Below, in pieces: positions 25,176 through 33,550 of a DNA stretch of 64,000 nt. This stretch comes from Escherichia coli (GTDB lineage: Bacteria; Pseudomonadota; Gammaproteobacteria; Enterobacterales; Enterobacteriaceae). Location of the stretch: the NCBI RefSeq assembly GCF_041248615.1, contig NZ_CP158426.1; one strand, written 5' to 3'. The notes under the pieces are model-generated. The model ran no database searches. It saw nothing but the letters and a program-made list of their open reading frames with translations, and was not told the origin of the DNA. Numbering within the stretch: the first letter of the stretch is position 1; each line of letters begins with the position of its first letter. The translations under genes were made by a program, and so were the position numbers.

Positions 25176-25840
25176 ATAATTTCCCAAGAAACTATTCGTC
25201 GATTTTAGGAAAAGTCTGCTCAGGTATATCTACCGAGGGATAATGCTGGCTGTAACGCTGGTTAAAATAGATACACAAAATAATCAAGATGTATATTTTA
25301 ATCGACGAAAATAATTACTTCCGGGATTATTGATGCGACTTAAATAACACCATTTAAATGTGATATAAATCACAAATATGGCTGTGAAGAGGGTGCTGTA
25401 GATATAAATAAGAAGTACATGAGTGAATTTTAAATAGGGGAATAGTTTCTCGCTAAACAATTTGTTGGTGATCAATCACATGCGTTCTGGTTTGAGGCAG
25501 ATTGCAGGTGTTGTTACGCATAAAATTCATAGGTGGTATTATAATCAAGTAGTTAACAGTAATAGTAAAAAATAATTTCTTGCGAAATTAGCAGCCCATT
25601 TTGAATAAGTGTGTTCCGGAGTAATCCAGAGCGCATGCTGCTTTACGTCTTTTTCAAGCCATGTTGGTTAAGCAAAAAGAGGTAGAAATAATTTCCTGAG
25701 AAATTAACTCAACATTCTGAAATGGCCAGTTTTCTGAAATTACCAGAAGACCGAATACATTCATGCCTGAAGAATGGATTAGAAGAAACGAGACGGAAAT
25801 AGATCTATTTATCCCTGCGGAAATAATTTCTGATGAAATT
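25176..25840 (+). repeat. Four dispersed copies of the motif ATAATTTC-N4-GAAAYT (palindromic core AATTTC-N4-GAAATT) upstream of kpsM
   Basis: The cores lie at 25178-25193 (one mismatch), 25574-25589, 25690-25705 and 25825-25840. Each is preceded by ATA or AATA. A TTCTGAAAT direct repeat lies at 25716 and 25732. Confidence 0.6.
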
Positions 25841-25908
25841 GTTTTCGGCTATTAAAAAGGTCAAACCGGCTGAGTGAATTTTATCCAGTTACAAACAAGT
25901 ATTACCTC

Positions 25909-25947
25909 CAGTGTATTGGTAGCTGTTAAGCCAGGGGCGGTAGCATA
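25909..25947 (+). promoter_or_regulatory. JUMPStart element with ops site (RfaH recruitment) upstream of kpsM
   Basis: The sequence cagtgtattggtagctgttaagccaggggcggtagcata contains GGCGGTAG at 25936-25943, about 30 nt upstream of the kpsM ATG. Confidence 0.85.
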
Positions 25948-25975
25948 CCTGAAGAGAATAGGATCACATCACCAA

Positions 25976-26752
25976 ATGGCAAGAAGTGGATTTGAAGTCC
26001 AGAAAGTCACCGTAGAGGCATTATTTCTACGAGAAATACGAACACGCTTTGGTAAGTTCCGTCTGGGATATCTGTGGGCGATTCTCGAACCCTCTGCGCA
26101 TTTGCTGATACTGTTGGGCATTTTTGGTTACATTATGCACCGCACGATGCCAGACATCTCATTCCCGGTGTTTTTACTTAATGGCCTGATTCCCTTTTTT
26201 ATCTTTAGCAGTATCAGCAATCGTTCTGTAGGTGCTATTGAAGCGAATCAGGGGCTGTTTAATTATCGACCAGTAAAACCCATCGATACGATCATTGCGC
26301 GTGCATTGCTTGAGACACTGATTTACGTTGCTGTTTATATATTGCTTATGCTTATCGTCTGGATGGCAGGCGAATATTTCGAAATAACAAACTTTTTACA
26401 ACTTGTGCTCACCTGGAGTCTGCTGATCATTCTTTCATGTGGCGTCGGCTTAATATTCATGGTCGTTGGCAAAACCTTCCCTGAAATGCAAAAGGTCCTG
26501 CCGATACTGCTTAAGCCGCTGTATTTCATCTCCTGCATCATGTTCCCTTTACACTCGATTCCAAAGCAATACTGGTCATATCTACTCTGGAACCCATTAG
26601 TGCATGTCGTAGAGTTAAGCCGCGAGGCAGTTATGCCTGGCTATATCAGCGAAGGCGTGAGTCTGAACTACCTTGCAATGTTCACTCTGGTCACCCTGTT
26701 CATCGGTCTGGCGTTATACCGAACGCGTGAAGAGGCAATGCTGACATCATGA
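25976..26752 (+). CDS. kpsM: Capsule export ABC transporter permease KpsM (region 3)
   Basis: Translation reads MARSGFEVQKVTVEALFLREIRTRFGK..., 258 aa. The longer ORF-track start at 25874 covers the ops element and was rejected. Confidence 0.95.
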   Translation: MARSGFEVQKVTVEALFLREIRTRFGKFRLGYLWAILEPSAHLLILLGIFGYIMHRTMPDISFPVFLLNGLIPFFIFSSISNRSVGAIEANQGLFNYRPVKPIDTIIARALLETLIYVAVYILLMLIVWMAGEYFEITNFLQLVLTWSLLIILSCGVGLIFMVVGKTFPEMQKVLPILLKPLYFISCIMFPLHSIPKQYWSYLLWNPLVHVVELSREAVMPGYISEGVSLNYLAMFTLVTLFIGLALYRTREEAMLTS

Positions 26753-27426
26753 TTAAAATTGAAAATTTGACGAAGTCATATCGCACGCCAGCGGGTCGAC
26801 ATTATGTCTTTAAGAATTTAAATATTGAAATCCCTTCAGGAAAAAGTGTTGCCTTTATTGGTCGCAACGGAGCGGGTAAATCAACGTTACTGAGAATGAT
26901 TGGCGGCATTGACCGCCCCGACAGTGGAAAGATCATCACTAATAAAACAATATCATGGCCAGTCGGCCTCGCAGGTGGATTTCAGGGAAGTTTAACCGGA
27001 CGCGAAAACGTAAAATTTGTTGCCCGGTTATACGCGAAGCAAGAAGAACTAAAAGAGAAAATTGAGTTTGTCGAAGAATTTGCCGAACTCGGTAAGTACT
27101 TCGATATGCCGATTAAAACTTACTCATCTGGTATGCGATCGCGTTTAGGCTTTGGTTTAAGCATGGCATTTAAGTTTGATTATTATATCGTCGATGAAGT
27201 AACCGCAGTCGGTGATGCCAGGTTTAAAGAAAAATGCGCTCAATTGTTTAAAGAAAGGCATAAAGAGTCTAGTTTTTTAATGGTTTCACATAGTTTGAAT
27301 TCATTGAAAGAGTTTTGTGATGTGGCCATTGTGTTTAAGGATGATAATGCGGTTGGTTTTTATGAGGATGTTCATGAGGGGATAAAATCATACCAAATAA
27401 ATGAAAATACAACTATTAAGATTTAG
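26749..27426 (+). CDS. kpsT: Capsule export ABC transporter ATPase KpsT (region 3)
   Basis: 225 aa with Walker A GRNGAGKST, the signature YSSGMRSRL and Walker B YYIVDE. Confidence 0.95.
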   Translation: MIKIENLTKSYRTPAGRHYVFKNLNIEIPSGKSVAFIGRNGAGKSTLLRMIGGIDRPDSGKIITNKTISWPVGLAGGFQGSLTGRENVKFVARLYAKQEELKEKIEFVEEFAELGKYFDMPIKTYSSGMRSRLGFGLSMAFKFDYYIVDEVTAVGDARFKEKCAQLFKERHKESSFLMVSHSLNSLKEFCDVAIVFKDDNAVGFYEDVHEGIKSYQINENTTIKI

Positions 27427-27612
27427 GCCATTACGTGAAGATATAATTTACACTCCCCAAGTTAATACATATAAGTAATTATATTAATAAATATTTATAA
27501 AAGGCATCTAAAGAATAGATGCTTAGAGCCACTTAAACTGCTGTATTGTCTAAATGTAAGAAATAACGAAATGGGTTTTTGGTGATTACTGTACTCAAAA
27601 GGAGTCAAGAAT

Positions 27613-30600
27613 ATGAAATCAATATTGTATTATTTAGAGCCACGTACAGAATTAAATGACAAATTATTTCGCTATGCAACACTACGCTCTTATCTACTAC
27701 CTGAAATTGATGGCCTTAGGATAGCTGATAAGAGCCTCGATTTTAAAATGATCGTTTCTCGTACGATTTATAATAAAGCAAAACAAAATAATTTAAAAAT
27801 GGAGGGTATCGATTTTATAATTATTGATGAAGATGTATTTGAAAAGAACTCATATCTGAAGAATATTAATGTTAGTAATGAATTATATCATGGGAATTTA
27901 AATATAAAGGCTAATGAAGAACTAAAATCAATCATATCTGCTTGCCTTCCTGTTGATTATAAACCAGATATTATTATTTCATATGAAAGCCCAGCTCCAT
28001 TTTTTAAAGAGATATTTCCATCATCTTTACTTTTAAACGCTATGTTTGGAATTTTTTCAAGGGCACCATTTCCTGCATATGGGTTATTAGACCCATGTGG
28101 TTTGTATGAATATTCATATCAATATAAATATGCTGATAAAATTCGTGCTGAGGAGATTTCAGAAGAAGAAAAGGAAGTTATAAAATTACTCAGAAGACAA
28201 AGTTCAAGAGCACTTGCTGCTTATCATCCTCTCAAGAAATATATTTCATCATTATATGAAAAATATGATCGACTTGTTGTATTAGCATGTCAAGTGGATA
28301 ACTATTTTTCTTATAATAGTTGTACCAATTATCCATCACAATATGCGATGGTGGAAGATGTTCTTTCTCAAGTTCCATCAAATATTGGTGTTATAGTTAC
28401 AGAACATGGCTATAAAAGACAAATAAGTGACGAGCAAATTGAGTCTTTAAATGAAAAATACAGTAATTTTATATATTTTTCTAAAAAAGATGTATTCACA
28501 CCAAGTCAATTTATTCTTCCTTATGTAGATGGTGCTTTATCAGTCTCGTCATCGATTGGTTATCAGGCTGCTTTATGGCAGATTCCATATTTTGGTCTTG
28601 GAAAATCACAAGTCGATGTACTCTGTTCAAATACATCATTAATGAGCTTCGTTAATGATGTTGAAAAAGGCATAAAGATTGATCGTGATAATATTCTTTA
28701 TGTTTTACTTTCAAAAGTTCACTTATCACATAAAAATGATTTGTTTAATGGAAAATCTTATCTAAATAAGTTGAAGGATTTATTTAATAAGTTTACCTCT
28801 AATTGCGACGAATATGAGTATTTTAACACTAAAAAAAGTATTGATGAAGTTCGAAAAGATATCATCTGTGGCAACAGAGAATGGTTACTGAAAAAAAACT
28901 TTATTGACTCAAAATTAGTTCCTGAAGTAGACCATTTACGTGTTGCAATGTCGCATTCAAAAGCGATCTCTTATGATCTTTTTGATACTCTTGTTGAACG
29001 TGATTTTGTTGAACCTCATGAATTATTTAATCTAATTGAATCCCGTGTACGTAATGAGTTAAACAATAAAAACTTCCCTTTCTATTATGTAAGACGACAA
29101 GCCGAAATTGACTTGCGCAGAGAGACAAGAGGTGAGTTTGAAATTACTCTCGATGAAATTTACGAAAGATTTCCAAGATACTTTGATCTTACTTTAGAAC
29201 AACTAGAGAAGATAAAAAATATAGAAATAGATGCTGAAGTCGAACTCGTTCATCCGAAAAAAGAAATGGTTCGTGAATTTTATTTTTCTCAAATGATTTG
29301 TGAAAGTGTATCTATCATTACAGATATTTATCTTTCTCAGAATGTTATTGAGCGTATTTTACAAAAAGTAAAAATTAGTGGTTACAATAAATTATTGGTT
29401 TCAGCAGAAACTAAAACAAGAAAACATAACGGAACTATTTATCCTGAATATTTGAAATATATAAGAGATAATTTTGATATTAATGCAGGACAGGCTCTTC
29501 ATGTCGGTGATAATAAACAAGCTGATGGTGATATGGCTAAAAAACATGGCATAAAAACATATGTATTTCAAAAAGCGATTGATAATTACAAAAAATCTTT
29601 AATTGCTGATATTTTACGTTCCAGTATTAATCATCCAGGTATTTCGAGTTCTGTTATTAATGGTTTGTTTGCTAACAAATATCACGCAGGACACTGGTTT
29701 AAAATTAACAAGGAATCAATTTTTAATGCTGACGAATATAATTATGGCTATATGGCAATAGGGCCTCTTGTTGTTGGCTTTACTCAGTGGTTGTATCGGC
29801 GGGTTAATAAATTAGGTATCAAAAAATTATATTTCTTATCCCGCGATGGATGGATTCTTAAAAAAACATTCGATTATTTTTATCCTGAATCATCATCTGG
29901 CATCAAGACCGAATACCTGTACAGCTCTCGTCGAACTGCAATGGTAGCATCGTTAAGAAATATTGATGATATTATTGAAGTTGCCTCTCAAAACTTCAAT
30001 GCTAGAAAGCTAAGTGACTTTTTATCTACTCGTTTTGGGCTGGATGTGGATACTGTTAAAAAATCTGTTCTTGAAAAATATAATTACAAGCATGACACTA
30101 TTGTTTCTCCTTATTTTGAATTTGGAAAGCTGATTGGTTTTTTAAAAGATATTCATCATACAATATTGTCTAATGCAAAAAATGAACGTGAAAGCTATAT
30201 CGATTATTTACGAGAAACTGGATTTGAAAATGATTGCTTAAATGGCGGTGCTACTGTTGTTGATATTGGTTACAGTGGTTCCATGCAATATTATTTAAAA
30301 AAAATACTGCAATGCCCTTGTGTGAACGGATTTTATTTTTTAACACATCACCATAGTCGTGATTATTTTTCAAATGATCATTTTGAAGGTTTCTTGCAAA
30401 ATCTTGATGATCATAAGATCGCTTATAGACATGGATTAAATGATCATGTGTTTATTTTTGAAGCAGCATTAAGTTCCCCTGAAGGAAGTCTGATTAAAAT
30501 GGAAGGGAAAGGTCAAGAAAGAGAAATGATTTTTCTCGAGGCAGAAGAAGAGATTGTAAGAAAAAATGCTCTATTAGGAACACATCGTGGCGTAATGGAC

Positions 30601-31122
30601 TTTGTTCATGATATCAAAACTCGTTTTGGTTCTTACTTTAAATACATTGAATTTTCTCCTATTCTTTCTTCTCAACTTATTTTGAATTTTGCGAATAATC
30701 CCAACGGTATAGATGCAGGGATGTTTGCTTCTCATGAAGTCGAAAATGTTTTTGGTGGGGGGTCTGTATGCTTAATTTCGCCTTTACTAGATTGCTATAA
30801 GGACTCTAATGGCACCATTAACCCTAAAATTATCGATGAGTTATTAAAAGCATCTAAATGGAAGAGAGGTGCCAGTGCTTATTATAACTTAGTCAATGGA
30901 ACTCAACCGCGAGTTAATCCTGCTAAAATGCCAGCGCCATCTGTTAACCCAGTTGTTGTGAAGCAAACGCCACAAACTACTTATGCACATCCTTTAAAGA
31001 CAACTACGCAGCGTAAACTTGCTAAGTTAAAAAAAGACCCATATTTATTCTTTAATGATTCCCAAAAACCTCTTTTAAAAAGTTTACGATTGTTCTTCAA
31101 AAATACATCAAAGCTTAATTAA
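27613..31122 (+). CDS. Region 2 giant multidomain protein, putative capsule polymerase (KpsS/KpsC-like Capsule_synth-type domain, HAD-like domain, unassigned C-terminal domain, basic tail)
   Basis: 1169-aa ORF in very AT-rich DNA. Residues around 215-330 align by motif with the KpsS and KpsC of this same window (VLACQVDNYFSY vs VLQVYNDSQI / QVEDDASI; VIVTEHGYK vs VIKHHPMD; ALSVSSSIGYQAALWQIPYFGLG vs VVTINSTAGISALIHNKPLKVMG). HAD motif I (SYDLFDTLVERD) and motif IV (HVGDNKQADGDMAKKHGIKT) are present. Confidence 0.6.
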   Translation: MKSILYYLEPRTELNDKLFRYATLRSYLLPEIDGLRIADKSLDFKMIVSRTIYNKAKQNNLKMEGIDFIIIDEDVFEKNSYLKNINVSNELYHGNLNIKANEELKSIISACLPVDYKPDIIISYESPAPFFKEIFPSSLLLNAMFGIFSRAPFPAYGLLDPCGLYEYSYQYKYADKIRAEEISEEEKEVIKLLRRQSSRALAAYHPLKKYISSLYEKYDRLVVLACQVDNYFSYNSCTNYPSQYAMVEDVLSQVPSNIGVIVTEHGYKRQISDEQIESLNEKYSNFIYFSKKDVFTPSQFILPYVDGALSVSSSIGYQAALWQIPYFGLGKSQVDVLCSNTSLMSFVNDVEKGIKIDRDNILYVLLSKVHLSHKNDLFNGKSYLNKLKDLFNKFTSNCDEYEYFNTKKSIDEVRKDIICGNREWLLKKNFIDSKLVPEVDHLRVAMSHSKAISYDLFDTLVERDFVEPHELFNLIESRVRNELNNKNFPFYYVRRQAEIDLRRETRGEFEITLDEIYERFPRYFDLTLEQLEKIKNIEIDAEVELVHPKKEMVREFYFSQMICESVSIITDIYLSQNVIERILQKVKISGYNKLLVSAETKTRKHNGTIYPEYLKYIRDNFDINAGQALHVGDNKQADGDMAKKHGIKTYVFQKAIDNYKKSLIADILRSSINHPGISSSVINGLFANKYHAGHWFKINKESIFNADEYNYGYMAIGPLVVGFTQWLYRRVNKLGIKKLYFLSRDGWILKKTFDYFYPESSSGIKTEYLYSSRRTAMVASLRNIDDIIEVASQNFNARKLSDFLSTRFGLDVDTVKKSVLEKYNYKHDTIVSPYFEFGKLIGFLKDIHHTILSNAKNERESYIDYLRETGFENDCLNGGATVVDIGYSGSMQYYLKKILQCPCVNGFYFLTHHHSRDYFSNDHFEGFLQNLDDHKIAYRHGLNDHVFIFEAALSSPEGSLIKMEGKGQEREMIFLEAEEEIVRKNALLGTHRGVMDFVHDIKTRFGSYFKYIEFSPILSSQLILNFANNPNGIDAGMFASHEVENVFGGGSVCLISPLLDCYKDSNGTINPKIIDELLKASKWKRGASAYYNLVNGTQPRVNPAKMPAPSVNPVVVKQTPQTTYAHPLKTTTQRKLAKLKKDPYLFFNDSQKPLLKSLRLFFKNTSKLN

Positions 31123-31130
31123 TATAATGT

Positions 31131-31158
31131 GAGTCGCACTATGGTGTGACTCTTTTTT
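31131..31158 (+). terminator. Rho-independent terminator between the two region 2 genes
   Basis: A 9-bp stem GAGTCGCAC / GTGTGACTC (one G-U pair) with loop TATG is followed by TTTTTT. Confidence 0.7.
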
Positions 31159-31240
31159 ATATGTCAGTGATAGTTATTAATGAAATATTTAATGCGCGAA
31201 GGTGTACGATTTTTACAATATTTAGAGACTGGTGGGTCAA

Positions 31241-32230
31241 ATGAGTATTTCTTTGAAAAATATTGATTTTGCTAAAGGTCCTGTTGATTCCCTCCATCAT
31301 GATTATTACTTATGGCGAGGGAAGAACATTGAGGATAAAAGACTTTTTCTCGTTTTCTCATCTCGGGGAGCAGGTCCTGGAGAATTTAGTTTTTTCAAAA
31401 CTTTTGATGCGCTTAATGTAAATGTTTTGCATGTTACACCCTCTGATTTTTCATGGTACCAAAAAGGGTTAGTCGGTTTAGGGAGTGATTTGCCTTCTGC
31501 ATTTAAAGCCCTATCTGACCGAATAGATAATTTCTGTATTTATCATAAAATAAAACAAATTATCTGTGTAGGGGCTTCCATGGGAGGATATGGTGCTTTA
31601 ATTTATGGGGCTTTATCTAGTAGAAAAATAAAAACAACACTTATTCTTTTTGGCACCGAAACAATATTAAAACTTCCTTATTCTAAAAGTTCTGAGAGTG
31701 AATTTGATATTCTCAAAAAATTTAAAGATGTAAGGTTTCTAGATTATTCTGATCTTGATGTGAATATGATATTTGGTGAGTTTGATATTGTAGATACTTA
31801 TTGTGCTTTATCGATGCGACATGATCGAAATTTTTCATTTTTTTCATGCACTAGCGCCTCACATGTTGTTCCGGAATACTTAAATAGACAAATTGGAATT
31901 GTTAATTTTTTTACAGACTTCTTATCGGGTGGAAGATCTTTTATTGGAAGAGGCCACATTGCTTCTGAGCTTTATCCTGAGGATATTTCTCCTCTTCTGT
32001 TCTCGAAACAATTTACTGAGGAATACAATAATGCCCTCCTCTGTTGCTTGAAAAAATATCCTTCATTTGGGTTTGCATGGAATAGATTAGGCGTATATTT
32101 ACACAATATAGGAGATCTGGCTGGGTCTTTAGCAGCATTAAAAAGAGCATTTTTCATCAACCCTGATTATCCAAATACAATTGAGCATCTTAACTCGGTA
32201 AGAAATAAACTAAAAACTAAAAACTTTTAG
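31241..32230 (+). CDS. Region 2 alpha/beta-hydrolase-fold protein with C-terminal TPR-like repeats (possible capsule O-acyl/acetyl modifying enzyme)
   Basis: It has the nucleophile elbow VGASMGGYGAL, with later Asp (GEFDIVD) and His (SASHVVPE) in canonical Ser-Asp-His order. The C-terminus AWNRLGVYLHNIGDLAGSLAALKRAFFINPDYPN is TPR-like. The ATG at 31241 is preferred over the GTG at 31232 because a GGTGGG Shine-Dalgarno sequence lies just upstream. Confidence 0.55.
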   Translation: MSISLKNIDFAKGPVDSLHHDYYLWRGKNIEDKRLFLVFSSRGAGPGEFSFFKTFDALNVNVLHVTPSDFSWYQKGLVGLGSDLPSAFKALSDRIDNFCIYHKIKQIICVGASMGGYGALIYGALSSRKIKTTLILFGTETILKLPYSKSSESEFDILKKFKDVRFLDYSDLDVNMIFGEFDIVDTYCALSMRHDRNFSFFSCTSASHVVPEYLNRQIGIVNFFTDFLSGGRSFIGRGHIASELYPEDISPLLFSKQFTEEYNNALLCCLKKYPSFGFAWNRLGVYLHNIGDLAGSLAALKRAFFINPDYPNTIEHLNSVRNKLKTKNF

Positions 32231-32307
32231 TTTTTATGTATACTTGTGTGAGGAATGAATAGCAATATATCTCAATATCTAAGAGCTGGTTTTTATATCG
32301 TTCATAG

Positions 32308-33516
32308 TTATAATTTTTTTACTTTTATTTGTTTTCTTACTCTATCCCCATAATAAACCCCATTAACCTGCGTCTTCACCAATAAATACCCCCGAAACTT
32401 CTTAAACAGTTTCATATCCGGTTTAAAATCGGCCTGCCAGAACTGGTGCAAATGCCCTTGATACGTCAAGCCTTTGATGTCGTACAGGGCATTGCCCATC
32501 ACTTTGAGTGGTTTGTTGTGAATCAGCGCAGATATCCCCGCCGTACTGTTAATTGTCACCACCGCTTTTGCGTGGCGTAACAATTCCGGCATCGGGAGAT
32601 CGTGCACATAAATGACTCGTTCCCCTAAGCCATATTCCTTACTCAACCGCTTAATTAATGGTCGATAGAGTCTGTGACCACGATCCATTGGATGGTGCTT
32701 GATCACCAAATAACTTTCTTTCGGTGCTTTACGTGAAAATGAGTACATGACTTCATTAATATAGTCACGCACATCGTTATAATTGCTGTGGTTACGAATC
32801 TGGCTATCGTTATACACCTGCAAAACGGCAAGATAATAACGCTGATCCAGCTCATTCATTAACCTCGGCAATACCTTACGCTGTGTTACCTTGTAAAGTT
32901 GCTTGCGCCAGTATGCACGAACCCAGCAACGTGCTTCATACCAGGGGGAAAACGATTTATGGTGGCGGTAGCGAGGGAACTCATGGCGGTAATGCCAGCC
33001 CATCAGGTAATACCACATCGCATGACCTATACGTTTCATCGTTGAAGGTTTTAAGTTCTCAACGTGCGGCGCAGGCATATCTGGTAACTTACGATAAAAA
33101 TCCGGATCGCGCGGTAGCGATGAATATGCGTTTACTCCGCCTTCTTCAACGGTTATAAATTGCGGGCGTAAATATCCTTCTTCAAATGCCAGAAAGCGGA
33201 GCCCTTTCGACTTTGCCCAGCGTTTTGCTTCTTTATGCAATGGGCGACAGTCACCAAAACAGAGGATGGTATCAAAGTCATATTGCCGGTGGAGATCCCG
33301 TAACCATCCGGGGAACTCTTTCGGCGTTTGGTAGTAGGCCAGGTATTGTCGATGGCGGCAGTAAAAACGATCCCCACCGTTGAATACAACATTCACAGCG
33401 TTACGTCCTAATGACTCTAACCATTCGGCGACGTCATTGAAAAAAGGTCCCATCGGCCCCTGCAATAGCAGATATTTTTTACCGGATAATAAAACGGTTA
33501 GTGCATTACCTTGCAT
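32308..33516 (-). CDS. kpsS: Capsule beta-Kdo transferase KpsS (region 1)
   Basis: Translation reads MQGNALTVLLSGKKYLLLQGPMGPFFNDVAEWLE..., 402 aa, recognised as KpsS. Confidence 0.93.
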   Translation of the reverse strand: MQGNALTVLLSGKKYLLLQGPMGPFFNDVAEWLESLGRNAVNVVFNGGDRFYCRHRQYLAYYQTPKEFPGWLRDLHRQYDFDTILCFGDCRPLHKEAKRWAKSKGLRFLAFEEGYLRPQFITVEEGGVNAYSSLPRDPDFYRKLPDMPAPHVENLKPSTMKRIGHAMWYYLMGWHYRHEFPRYRHHKSFSPWYEARCWVRAYWRKQLYKVTQRKVLPRLMNELDQRYYLAVLQVYNDSQIRNHSNYNDVRDYINEVMYSFSRKAPKESYLVIKHHPMDRGHRLYRPLIKRLSKEYGLGERVIYVHDLPMPELLRHAKAVVTINSTAGISALIHNKPLKVMGNALYDIKGLTYQGHLHQFWQADFKPDMKLFKKFRGYLLVKTQVNGVYYGDRVRKQIKVKKL

Positions 33517-33550
33517 AAATAATTTGCGTAATAGTCAACTATGAAATTGT

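Noticed and set aside
25284-25475. 63-aa hydrophobic ORF in the kpsM upstream region
   Set aside because: It lies in extremely AT-rich noncoding leader and promoter DNA with no ribosome-binding site. The hydrophobicity follows from T-rich codons.
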